Below, one piece after another: positions 26,100 to 36,855 of a stretch of DNA of 64,000 nucleotides. Under the pieces are notes generated by a model. The model had not been told where the DNA came from. It did not search any database and saw only the letters and a list, made by a program, of their open reading frames with translations. The first letter of the stretch is position 1. Every line of letters begins with the position of its first letter. The translations under genes and the position numbers were made by a program. This DNA comes from Selaginella moellendorffii (Eukaryota; Plantae; Lycopodiophyta): NCBI RefSeq assembly GCF_000143415.4, contig NW_003314262.1, positions 3,916,021 to 3,980,020 of the forward strand, in the 5' to 3' direction.

Positions 26100-28680
26100 T
26101 CTTCGTATGCCTTGTAGCTTTGCACCTTGCAAACGCGTGAATTGTAAGCGCAGTGGAAAAAATCTCGAAGCATGAGAATGCTTGTAAACCTCTTCTTCAT
26201 CGCGGCACCTCAGATCGTTGTGATTTCTTCCGAGTGAAAACGTAGTAATTCTTGTTGAGACGCTCCATGGCGACGGATATGGTGACTCCCAATATCTTCT
26301 TTTATTACTCGCTAAACGCTTGCTTCCTTCCTTTTCACTTATCACTTATCTCCAGCTTTCGAAGTCAGAGTTGTCAAGCAACTCGACTCCAATCCGGATG
26401 GAAGATATTAGAGACGCAGCATCCATCTCTACGATGGTTACTACGCAGATGGAACTGAGCTAATCATCGTCGCGAACTTAAGGCTCGGGAACGATTGGTT
26501 TTAAGTGGCGATGCATCTGAGAGGCTTCTGATCCGTAGAATGGATGTCGCCTCTCAAAAATTGCACCTGATATCACCATCCTGATTAGAGTCGAGCTGCT
26601 TCGACTTTTAAAGCAGCCCTCCCTGAGCACCAGATCATATGTTGGACGTCGAGAAGAACTGGTTGAGGCTCTGAAAACTCTCAACTGTCGCTTCAAACAT
26701 GGCGTCTCTTCAAGATCTTCTTCTTGCTCCTCCTTGTGCTCTTCAAATGCGGACCAGCAACAGTGGAGAAGCTACTTCCAACTTCCGAGCAATCAACCGT
26801 TTTCCACCGCTTGAGCTTCTTCGAAGCTAGCAACCTCTGCTCGTCGTTTTCCTCGTTCGGGCACAATGTTCGGCTGCTCGTCTTCCAAGCAAGCAACTTC
26901 CACTCGCTCAGCCATCCCATATTCTTCCTCATTGGCCAGGTGTTCTGCGAGCAGCTGTGGAAAGCGAGGAACGGTTTAATTGAGCTGTGGTCCGCCTGCG
27001 GGAACTCCTGAGTGCTGTCGCTGCGCACCAAAGTAACCACGTTGTAATCTCATCTGCTCTGTAATGGACGTCGAGAGGAACCAGTTGACGTTTCGAAGTG
27101 TAAATGCCTGGAAGATCTGATCCAAAAACTCTCAGGACTTGCTATAATGATGTTGGCGATCGCAATGAAGATTTTATCGCCACGAAACTTACCTTGCAGT
27201 TGATACATTGCATGGTTATTCTTTATGATGGATATAGCCCTGAGCATCAGACCGCGTCGGTAAAGCTGGACGCAACTCGGGCAGCATCTTGTCCAGTACT
27301 GGCAAGCTTTCTACAGCCTGTGAAAACTAGAGCCTTCTTCTTAATCACCCGTCTCTAAGCCCTGTCCAACTCTTCTCTGATAACCGCCAAGCCTAAAGTC
27401 TCATGAAGCTGAAGCTCCAAGACTTTCTAGAAGTACCGGTTGATAAAACTATCGGATTCTGCGTCTCAAATATCTTCCATCCGGATTGAAATCGAGATGC
27501 TTGTCAAAAGATGAGACGCTCCTGCGTACCAAGCTGATAGAGTAACCACCGTAGAATGGATGCTGCCTCTAGAAAAGCCAAATAACTCGCGCCTGATATC
27601 TGGAGTCCAGCTGCTTGTCAATTCGGACTTCGATAGCTGGATAATGTAGATTCTCGAAGCCCTGGGAACCAGATCTGGACGTCGGACGTCGAGAAGAACT
27701 CCGAAAACTCTCCAGTCTCGCTTGAAACATATGCTTGCTTCAAACGACTCTCCCTTTTTAAGCTGTGCACCAGCTCATTTGTTGAACCACAGACTTTCTC
27801 CTTCACGAACTTATGCATCCCTGAAAGCATTCGCAAGCGTCAGAAACCAGGTAGAAAAATAAGAAGTTTAGAAAGACAACTTACCAGCCAAGTAAAACAA
27901 TGGTGTCCACAAGTCCCCCAAGGATGATACGATCGGTTCCAGCACTATGGCAATCGCTTTGCTCCTGGAATTGCTGTCTGAGAGGAAGAGCCACCGCCGT
28001 CGCGTTTGGCTTCACTGCGATGATAAGAATCGACGCGAACCTTGGCGGAAAAACTTGTTAAAACTTCATCTTCTTCCAAAAGAGCATACTCTTCATCACA
28101 AACCAGCAGCTCCGAGTGGCGACTCTTCAACATCTGCTTGTTGCTCCTCCCTGTGCTCTTCAAATGCCGAGGACTCATCCAGCAACAGTGACAAGTTACT
28201 TCAACCTCCGAGCAATCAACTGCGGGCTGATGAAAGAACAGCGGCGCGTTGTTGAGGACAACATCACATTCTGGCTGCTCACCTTCCACCACTTCCAAGC
28301 TGGCCAGCTCTCCGCTCTTTCCTCTGTGGATTATCTCCCAGTCACGATGTGGCTGCTCGCCTTCCACCTCTTCCCGGCAAGCTACTTCCACCTCTTGCTC
28401 GTTGCATGAACTGTCGCCTTGTAGAGGGGCTTGCATGCAACCCGTGATGTAAAGAACAGAACGACCACCACTTGCGCTTCTTACGACTTACGCTTTGATG
28501 GAGTCAGAAGCTGTCTGTCAACTGAGCCAAGGAATATTGTCCATAAGCATTCAGCAGGTTCTTGGCCCCTCACGGACTCTGGTTTATGGAATGAAAGGCA
28601 AGACACCACTGGTATGTATTTTGTGTGAAAATGGAATTCTCATAGCCTGTGATCCACCAACAAAAAATGCAAACTGAGAT
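26100..28680 (-). repeat. Fragmented copies of a lineage-specific gene or repeat family with acidic LLLDESSAFEEHxEEQ units
   Basis: Blocks match 41700-43430 (mostly inverted) and 30500-30950 (direct), e.g. ccaatccggatggaagatatt and ttgtaagcgc.gtgg. Confidence 0.7.
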
Positions 28681-28917
28681 CACAATTTGAGCTGTAGGAC
28701 TTGAGACGACACCAACCATAAAAGAGTTCCATCCTTCGCTTCTAGCTTAGTACCCATGGCAACGGCATATTCTCACGAGGCACTATGGCTTTCACGCTAG
28801 TTTGCACTTGCAACACGAAAACCGTCCTAAAGATCTCAAACTTCCTTCCATTGTTCCATGGCTATTGATCCTCAGCTGGATGACAGTATATAACTAAACT
28901 TGAGATGTTCTCAAAGG

Positions 28918-30021
28918 CTATGGCATTAGCACAGCATCCACTTTCTCCTCGAGCTCCTTGTCGCGTGTGGCAACCAGTCTCTGGATCCCTGGGAGCGTCC
29001 AGTGCAGTACCCGGTTGCCGGAAAACATCCGGAGGAGACCCGAAACAAGAAGCTTGTCATGCGCGCTTACCTTGCGCGCCACCGGGAAGCTCAGAATGCT
29101 GCTCTCGTAGACCATGCTGTCACAAACAATCGCTCCTACGAGCAGCAGTCTTCTCTTCTCAATCACGGGCGAGAAGGTGCGTTCTATCTCCTCGCTGTGC
29201 ACAATCTTGTCGAAAACGAGCCTGGCGTTGAGTGCCCTGGCCACCTCCTCGGTTCGCAGCCTCACTCGTTCCTCCAGCTCCACCAACAAGCTCTTCTTGT
29301 CTGGATAGCGCTGGAAGCTCTCCCAGAGGAGCTTGGCACTACCGCTTTTGATCGTCCCTTTGGATTCAAGCTGGCATCTGAATTCCTCGACGCTGCTGCT
29401 CGAGATCCTGCTTCCGGGCTTGACCATCACGTAGCCAAGAGGATGGATCTCGGCACAGCCCCACCAACCATCGCCGAGCACCAGGCAGTGGACTTTCCTC
29501 AGCCTGTTTGCCGACGAGTTCCTGATCGCTGCCGCCATGCCGGCCTGGCTCAGTGCCTGGTACATGCAGTCGGGCCACTTGGATTCGTCCCGGCCGCCTT
29601 GCACCACCACAAGAACAGCGCTGGGAAGACTCTTGTCCAGCTTGAAATCGTAAGTGTAGCAATTCATCACGCCGTTAAGCTGCTGCTCGCAGCGAGCGGA
29701 GGTGGCCCTGGCCTTGTATTTCGGTGGCTCGCCCTCGATGAGCTCTCCGGGCTTTGGAGAGAACCGCGTGAGCAAGTTGGAGAGCAAAGCCGTGAGTAGC
29801 CATGCCCGCCTAGTTCCTTTGAGACTGCCGTAAGCGCTGCCGTGCCTTTGGATCTCGAAGAGAAGCTCACCCAGGAGGAACTGTGACACCTCTTCGCTCA
29901 CGAGGGCGCCATCGCCACCGAATTTCTTGACCATGCCTTGCTCTACCTGGACCAGCGGCTGCTCCAGGCTAAACACACTGCTGGCGTGCGACTCCATAGA
30001 ATGACCTACACTGGATCTCAA
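28918..30021 (-). CDS. Lineage-specific protein, putative REase-like fold, copy 2 (open frame; real start possibly ATG at 29934)
   Basis: 367-codon open frame and paralogue of 15199-16068. Motif string YDFKL..AVLVVVQGG..YQALSQ..N..VHCLVLGDGWW. Confidence 0.6.
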   Translation of the reverse strand: MRSSVGHSMESHASSVFSLEQPLVQVEQGMVKKFGGDGALVSEEVSQFLLGELLFEIQRHGSAYGSLKGTRRAWLLTALLSNLLTRFSPKPGELIEGEPPKYKARATSARCEQQLNGVMNCYTYDFKLDKSLPSAVLVVVQGGRDESKWPDCMYQALSQAGMAAAIRNSSANRLRKVHCLVLGDGWWGCAEIHPLGYVMVKPGSRISSSSVEEFRCQLESKGTIKSGSAKLLWESFQRYPDKKSLLVELEERVRLRTEEVARALNARLVFDKIVHSEEIERTFSPVIEKRRLLLVGAIVCDSMVYESSILSFPVARKVSAHDKLLVSGLLRMFSGNRVLHWTLPGIQRLVATRDKELEEKVDAVLMP

Positions 30022-30290
30022 CGAGAGGTGCTTTCAAGAGGTGTAGCCCTACGTTCACGAAGGCATGCAAGCTCATTGTTGGAAAAGCTTCGCCTCAGTC
30101 CTCCACGATGCTGAGGTTTCCACTCACGGAAAATGCGAAGGCCGGTGATGGCGACAAAGATTTGGTTTCGGGGATGGCAAGGACGCTCTTAGGGGATTGC
30201 GTGCTTAACTGGAGCTTGAGGACGGTGAAACAGCTCTCTCATGACCGTTATCAAGCCCAAAGAACCTTTGTCAACTCCGTTGTAACATAG
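30021..30290 (+). pseudogene. Third, more diverged C-terminal fragment of the same family
   Basis: MLRFPLTENAKAGDGDKDLVSGMARTLLGDCVLNWSL aligns with ILSFPVARKVSAHDKLLVSGLLRMFSGNRVLHWTL. Confidence 0.6.
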
Positions 30291-32571
30291 TCAGGCGCAT
30301 TGTTCTCACGCAGTGACGAAGCACGAGAGATGGTGAGCTCCAGAGGGCATCCGCAGTGGTAACTTTAGATGATATCACCCAGCGAGAGGAAACTTCAAAC
30401 TCACCAGTAGTATGTATAGCTAATACAAAGATTGTTCTTGTTGTGAAATTTTGAACAGATGAAAGCATCTTCCTTTGATCATAGGAGCCTTGGTAAAAAA
30501 CACGGTGATCACCAAGGTGAGCCTATCTTCTTCCAAGCTAGCCAGCTCTCCTCGCTTTCCTCGCTCAGGCACGATGATCTCCCAGTCACCTCTTCCCGGC
30601 AAGCTACTTACACCCTCTTACTCGTTGCGTGGATTGTAGCCACCTTGTAGAGGAGCTTCCATGCAGCCCGTGATGGAAAGAACAGAACGACCACCACCCG
30701 CAACGCAACCTTTACAAGCAAGTGTTAAGCGTGGAGAGAGGAAAACGTAACACAAGATAGACTCACACTTAGTGGAAAGCAGGATTGGAAAGCAGGATGG
30801 TGGAGTCGGAAGCTGTCCGCCAAAGGATATTGTCCATAAGCATCCAGCGGGTCAAGAACTTGTTTGTTGGATGAAGGCCAGACGCTGCTGGCATGTGTCT
30901 TACTTCAAAATGGAATACAAAACCTGCATCTCACAGCTTGAGATCCACGAACAAAAGTATGCAACCCCGGCTCAGATTTGAGTCGTAAGCCGCAAAAGCG
31001 TTTAGTGTTCATCTGGAGCGTCAAAGTGGCATAGACCTGTAATCCTTGGATAATCACTGATGGATGCTGCAGTAGAGAGGTAGAGCTTCCTTCGAGGTAG
31101 TCCAAGCGATCACCAAGGGCCATATACTGCTTCTCTTGCTTGAAACTGGAACATGGAAGCTGCTAAGATCCGCAAAAAGAGAGAAACGCAAAGCCTGCTT
31201 ACATTACCGAGAATCCCCAGCGACAGCTGCAGTGCGTAGGTGTTCCTCGCTGGAGCACTAAAAGCCACAAAAGGGGCACAAATAGCTTACTGTCATCTTC
31301 TTCAGCATCAAGAAGATTTCGCCTCATAAGCACTGGTGTAATTGGATCTTCTTGCTGCACCAGACGCTGTTGATCACTGATGGACGCTGCAGAGCAAGAT
31401 TCTTGTAACTCCACGTCTCTCATGAAATTGCAAAGGACCTGGTCGACTCGCTGGAAGAGAAGCAGCGAACAGTGGAGCTCACAGAGAAGAAGGCAGGAAG
31501 ACGTTGAAGGGATCGCAAGAATCCTCAGCTACTGGAAGTACTGTAACATTTCTCAATCCACGGCCACGGATGGTCCGATTACCTTAACCGTGAGGGCCAG
31601 CCCGTTAAGGAACGGAAGAACAGCTTACCATAAGTTTGGTCATCTTCTTCAGCAGTCAAGCAACTGCTCCACTCCACTACAAAAACCAATCCAAAATCAC
31701 TTCAAGAACAACCAGAGAGTCGACTTACCCATCGGATGATCTCCACTTAGCCGACCACAGCCAAGTCAGTCCTTGAGTCCGGGTGGTCGGGGTCTTGGAA
31801 ACCTTAAAAAGAAAAGCAAACAGCCAGTCAGTTCGGAAGCAAAAACCAGAAAAAAAGTTAAGAGCGAGCTTACTTGTGCCCTGTTGCAGTGCCGCCAGAC
31901 AAAAGCGGTTGAGTTCATCGTCTGGGAAATGCTCCTCGCCACTCTTGAGCTTGCTGGGCTTGCAAACTCTGCTTGTTGCCAGGAGCATGTAGGAGGATGA
32001 TCGTCCTTTCCCATAGCCGCCATATCTTCACAAGCGCCATACCTTGTTTACTATACACCGTTTCTCTCGCTCGATCGTGAGGGCACACAAAATACCCAAG
32101 CCAGGCAATTTGTTAGATGCCCACCCACTCTGCCCTTGACACTCGTCCTTCCAGGCCGCCATTGCATGTACCAACTCACGACCAGTGGCCAGTGGCCAAG
32201 AATGCCATCGTGTTCGCCATCCCATCAAAACAATACTTGCGGTGGCGAGGCAAAGCAAGAGCCCTGAAGAAATGCCCATCCGAGGTAACTGCTACAACGT
32301 TCCCTGGTGTTCTTGATATCGATGTCCCTTCTTGATACATCCAGCAGCTCTTCTCGCGGATGACCATCACCGGAGCTTGTCCCACGCCCGATCACCACAC
32401 TCTCACTGAGGCCGCCATGGCTTGCGGGGTTCCCGACGAGAGGTTTCCGATGTTCTTCTCTTTGATGTACAACATATCCAGGCTCCTTGGGCATGCCAGG
32501 CCTCACCAAGCCACATACTTGAGATCTATCCTTGAGAAACAGCATCAGCGACATTCAAGTTGAAACGAGCT

Positions 32572-34308
32572 TCACGATGGTATCTCGAGCGGCCTGTGCT
32601 CCGCAAGCAAACAATCCACGTCGTTCTTGGCGCTGGCGAGCCCGTGATCGAGCACGCCGGATCTGGCGAGCATGTCCGCCACGGAAACGTAGTGATCCAT
32701 GATCCGCTGGAAGCCATAGTCCTCGGGAACTGTCAGGAAATACGTAACCCCATCCAGGAACTTGTTGGCGCCGCTCGCTGCCGCAAGAACGCTACACAGC
32801 GTCACCTCCGTCGCCCTCAATCCTTCCAGCTGCATCGCCTGGAACGTCTCGAATCCTTGCCGCGATTGCCCGCAGTGCGCATACGCCGAAACCATCGCGC
32901 TCCAAGACACCAGATTCTTCCTGGGCATGGAGGAAAACTTCTCCTTGGCTCGCTCCAGATCGCGGCATCTCGCGTACATGTTGATGATCGCATTCGCCAC
33001 CGGCAGATCGTCGCCCAGATCGCTGTCGATCGCATTGGCGTGGACCGTCTTCCCCGCCGCGAGCAAAGAGCTGCTGGAACAGGCGTCGAGCGCGCAGATA
33101 AAGCTGATCTTCGTGGCCGGGACGCCCTCGAGGTCCATGAGCTTGAAGACCGCGAGCGCCGACGTAGCGTTGGCATTAAAGGCATAGGCCGCCACCATGG
33201 CATTCCACGTCACGGAGCTCCGCGCTGGCATCCGGTCAAACACCGACCTGGCGTCAAACGTGTCCCCGGCCTGCGCGTACGCGACGATCATGGCCGTCCA
33301 CACCACCACGTCGGAGGTCCCGAGCCGGTCGAAGACGAATCTGGCAGCTCCGGCGTACCCACACCTGCCGTACATTATTACCAGTCCAGTACCTACGGCT
33401 ACGTCGAATTCTACGCTCGACTGGAGCATCTCCCCGTGGACGCAGAGACCCTCGCCCACACTGGAACAGGAATCTAGGGCATGTAGAAACGTCACCCGAT
33501 TTGGTGCCATGCCCTCGAGGTCCATCTTCCGGAAGAGAAAAATGGCATCGCCACGATGCCCAGAGTGGGCATATGCGGATATCATGTTATTCCATGACAC
33601 CACGTTACGACCCGGCGTCCTCTCAAACAATGCCGCGGCCTCCTCAAGCCCACCATTCCGAGCATATGCCGCGACGATGGTGTTCCATGTCACCACGTTG
33701 GTAGCCCGCGAGGACTGGAACACATCCACGGCGTCCTGCAAATGCCCATTATGGGCATATGCCGCGATCATAATGTTGGAGGAGAAAACGTTGCGAAACT
33801 CGAGGGTGTCGTACACTGCCCTGGCGTCGTCGACACGGCCACACACGCCGTACATCTGGATCAAGAGATTCCCTAGAACAGTGCTGGGCTTGAATCCTCC
33901 CTTGCACAGATGGGCGTGGAGCATCGTCCCCTCGAGCAGGGCTTTCTTGCTCGTGCAATCCCGGATCGCGTGGAAGTAGCTCGAGGGATGGGCGCGCATC
34001 TTGAGCTGGAGGATCTGATCCACGGACGCCCGGAGCTGTGGATCCCAGCATTCTCTCACAATCACGGGGATCGCCGGCCTGGGTTCCTCGTCGTCCTCGG
34101 CAAATTGATCGTCGGGGCTGTCCGCGCAAGCGTCCTGCCATGATCGCTGCTCCTTGCTGGCGGAAATCTGCGAGGGCTGTATCTTGGTGAGCGACTGAGC
34201 GAGGAAATCCAGGCATCCGGCCGCCAGTGACTTGGTCTCGAGCTTCTTCTTCTTGCCAATGTACTCGGCGGTGTAGAAGCCCCGGATTTGTAAATGGCGC
34301 CATCGCAT
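32572..34308 (-). CDS. PLS-class PPR protein, long N-terminal extension, degenerate or truncated E region, 578 aa
   Basis: P-L-S repeats; similarity ends after HYVSVADMLARSG. Confidence 0.85.
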   Translation of the reverse strand: MRWRHLQIRGFYTAEYIGKKKKLETKSLAAGCLDFLAQSLTKIQPSQISASKEQRSWQDACADSPDDQFAEDDEEPRPAIPVIVRECWDPQLRASVDQILQLKMRAHPSSYFHAIRDCTSKKALLEGTMLHAHLCKGGFKPSTVLGNLLIQMYGVCGRVDDARAVYDTLEFRNVFSSNIMIAAYAHNGHLQDAVDVFQSSRATNVVTWNTIVAAYARNGGLEEAAALFERTPGRNVVSWNNMISAYAHSGHRGDAIFLFRKMDLEGMAPNRVTFLHALDSCSSVGEGLCVHGEMLQSSVEFDVAVGTGLVIMYGRCGYAGAARFVFDRLGTSDVVVWTAMIVAYAQAGDTFDARSVFDRMPARSSVTWNAMVAAYAFNANATSALAVFKLMDLEGVPATKISFICALDACSSSSLLAAGKTVHANAIDSDLGDDLPVANAIINMYARCRDLERAKEKFSSMPRKNLVSWSAMVSAYAHCGQSRQGFETFQAMQLEGLRATEVTLCSVLAAASGANKFLDGVTYFLTVPEDYGFQRIMDHYVSVADMLARSGVLDHGLASAKNDVDCLLAEHRPLEIPS

Positions 34309-34341
34309 CGCCCAAAATTTAGGGTTCTTCCAAGATCCCGA

Positions 34342-36036
34342 TCATCCATCTTTCGAGTAGAGATGCGAGAGGACGACGTAGGGCGAATCGTTCTCAGAGT
34401 TGAGCTGCACGAGCATCGCCGCGGCAAACTCGCCCAGATCCCGCTCCTCCTGGAGCTTGCAAGCCCCGAGCAGCGCCGTCCAGGCCACTGGATCCGGATG
34501 AAATGGCATTCTCGCGATGAGATCTCGCGCCTCGCTCAGCCTTCCAACGCGGGCCAGGAGATCCACGATGCAAACATAGTGCTCCATCGCCGGGCGGATC
34601 GAGTAATCCCTGGCAGAGGAGACGAAGAGATCCCAGCTCGGATCCATCAGCCCGGCGTGGCTGAGCGCACCAAGAACGATCCGGAAGGTGATCTCGTTGG
34701 GGTGGAAGCCGTCGAGAGTCATGGCGGAGAGAGACGCCATAGCCTCCTCGATATGCCCGTTTGTGGCATACGCTGCGATCATCGAGTTCCAGCAGATATC
34801 GTTCTTGTCGATCACTCCCGCGAAGATCTCCACCGCGGCGGCCAAGCTCCCAATCTTGCCGAGGAGATTGATCTGCGCGGTGTCCAGGCGGATGTCGCCG
34901 CCATGGTATCCAAGGCAGTGCAGCTCCGCGAGAAGGAAGCGTCCCATCTTGGCAGAGGATTTGGAGATGGTGCACGCGTCGAGAGTGCTCACGAATGTCG
35001 CCCTGTTTGGGAAGACGCCCTCGAGATCCATCGTCCGGAAGATCTCCAGCGCCTCCTCTCCATGCCCGTTCTGGGCATACGCTGCGATCATCGCGTTCCA
35101 GGCGATGTCGTTGTGCTCCGGGATTCGATCAAACAGATGCTTTGCTTGATCGAGCTCCCCGGTTTGCGCGACCTCGGCGAAGAGCGCTGTCCAGGAGATC
35201 ACATCACGCTCGGGCATTCTCGAGAAGAGATCTCTCGCGAGAGCAAGATCTCCATTCTTGGCAGCTGCGGAGATCATCGCGTTCCAGGAGACCAATTCCC
35301 TGCGCTGCATCGCTTGGAAGATGGATGTCGCGAGCTCCAGCCGCCGGTTCCTGCCATAGGCCGTGAGGAGAGCGCTGCAAATCTGGGGATCTCCGATCAG
35401 CCCAGCTTCCAGGATGATAGAGTGGATCGATCTCGCGTCGCGGAGGTAATCGCAGGCCTCGAGAATGCTGATGAGCGCCACGCGATCGGGCATGACCCCG
35501 CCGAGGCACATCGCCCGGAAGAGCTGGATCGACTGCGCGTGATGCCCAGCGATGGTATGTCCGGCGATGAGGGCTGTCCAGGCGACGACATCCGCCACTG
35601 GCATCTCCTGGAAGATTTTCTTGGCTCGATCGAGCGATCCGGAGTTCGCATGCGCCGTGATCGTGGTGTTCATGGCGATCGAGCAGTGCTCCGGGAATTT
35701 CTCGAGTATGATCTCCGCAGTGGACAGATGCCCGTTCCGGGCATATGCCGTGACAAGCATGTTCCAGGAGAAGACATTGCGCTGCTCGATGCTTTCGAAT
35801 GTCGACCGCGCGTCTGCGACGCTGCCGCAGTTTCCATACATGAGGATGAGGAAATTGGAGAGGAAGGGATCGATACGATCGAAGGATTTCTTGAGTTCCT
35901 CGTGGAAGCATTTGCCCTCGCGCAGCGATTTCGTGCGCGCGTAATGCTGGATCAAGGCTGCGCAGTCCGAGATCCGGAGAGGGGGCGCGGCTAGAGTCCT
36001 GAGATGATTGAGCCGGCAGGGTATTTGCTCGAGCAT
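34342..36036 (-). CDS. PLS-class PPR protein with E domain, 564 aa
   Basis: P-L-S repeats; HYVCIVDLLARVGRL...PDPVAWTALLGAC...PYVVLSHLY. Confidence 0.93.
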   Translation of the reverse strand: MLEQIPCRLNHLRTLAAPPLRISDCAALIQHYARTKSLREGKCFHEELKKSFDRIDPFLSNFLILMYGNCGSVADARSTFESIEQRNVFSWNMLVTAYARNGHLSTAEIILEKFPEHCSIAMNTTITAHANSGSLDRAKKIFQEMPVADVVAWTALIAGHTIAGHHAQSIQLFRAMCLGGVMPDRVALISILEACDYLRDARSIHSIILEAGLIGDPQICSALLTAYGRNRRLELATSIFQAMQRRELVSWNAMISAAAKNGDLALARDLFSRMPERDVISWTALFAEVAQTGELDQAKHLFDRIPEHNDIAWNAMIAAYAQNGHGEEALEIFRTMDLEGVFPNRATFVSTLDACTISKSSAKMGRFLLAELHCLGYHGGDIRLDTAQINLLGKIGSLAAAVEIFAGVIDKNDICWNSMIAAYATNGHIEEAMASLSAMTLDGFHPNEITFRIVLGALSHAGLMDPSWDLFVSSARDYSIRPAMEHYVCIVDLLARVGRLSEARDLIARMPFHPDPVAWTALLGACKLQEERDLGEFAAAMLVQLNSENDSPYVVLSHLYSKDG

Positions 36037-36071
36037 TCAAGTCCGGGGATTTTAGGGTTCTTGGAAGCGCC

Positions 36072-36660
36072 ATGGGGGAGACGGCGGCGCCGGGGATAGT
36101 CGGTGAGAGCGGCGGCGGCGGCGGCAAGGAAGTGATCGTGAAACCAGCGGCATTTGAGCTGGTAAGCTTGGATACGAGGGATGCTCGATCGATCAATGCG
36201 TTCTGGTTTCTTTCTTGCAAGGCCAAGGGATGGCTCCAAAAGATGAGCGGAGGAGACGATTTTGACGCCGAGAAGGATGACGACGCTTCCATACCGGAGC
36301 CGGAGGCACGGCCATTGCGGTAAATCTCCTCTGCGATCGATCGACAGTTGAGGATGGATTTCCTTCTTTCTTCACAGACTGTGCCTAGGAGCGAAATTCA
36401 TTCCTCACACTCAAGCAGCTCTTCCCATCGCATCGCCAGTGTCGAAGAGACTGCGAAAGCAAATCGAGAATGGCAAGCGAGAGTCCGATCAGCTGGAAGC
36501 CGGCCCAGGCGAGAACGAAGCCGCCAAAGACGAAGAAGAAGAAAGTAGAACGAACGCTTTCACCAAGAACAAAGTCCTCCAAAACCAAGCCATGGACATC
36601 CGAGCCACAACAACAAAGAAGAAGAAGAAAAAGAAAAAGAAGCAAAAGCTGCGAGAGTAG
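36072..36660 (+). CDS. Small conserved basic protein, DUF3245-like; exons 36072-36161, 36222-36319, 36378-36660
   Basis: GT-AG splicing gives ...ELAKGWL...EARPLRLCLGAKF...EEEESRTNAF...poly-Lys, resembling the RP.RLGLGA and ESR.SAF motifs of that family. Confidence 0.7.
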
Positions 36661-36855
36661 ACTCTCAAGTTCCAGACAATCTATCCAAAGAACCAGTCTA
36701 TCTCCAAAGATCTAGGAAGAACCGGAAGAACAGTAACTCCTGGCTTGGGATTCATTGAAAAGGAAACATGATCCAGGTGGTGGCAAGCCTCACAACAGAG
36801 CTCGCTGGGATCCCACCATAGCCATAGCAGCCGCGCAAAGAATGGCCTGGGGAGC

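Noticed and set aside
30950-32560. Exon-like fragments with splice-like signals
   Set aside because: No coherent gene model or recognisable domain could be built by eye.
34294-35994. 566-aa plus-strand ORF (also 32560-33477, 33197-33979, 36755-37753, 38184-39497)
   Set aside because: Antisense or alternative-frame shadows of GC-rich PPR and KIN17 coding sequence; no recognisable motifs.
36385-36645. Minus-strand ORF with an apparent signal peptide
   Set aside because: Antisense to the poly-Lys last exon of the spliced plus-strand gene.
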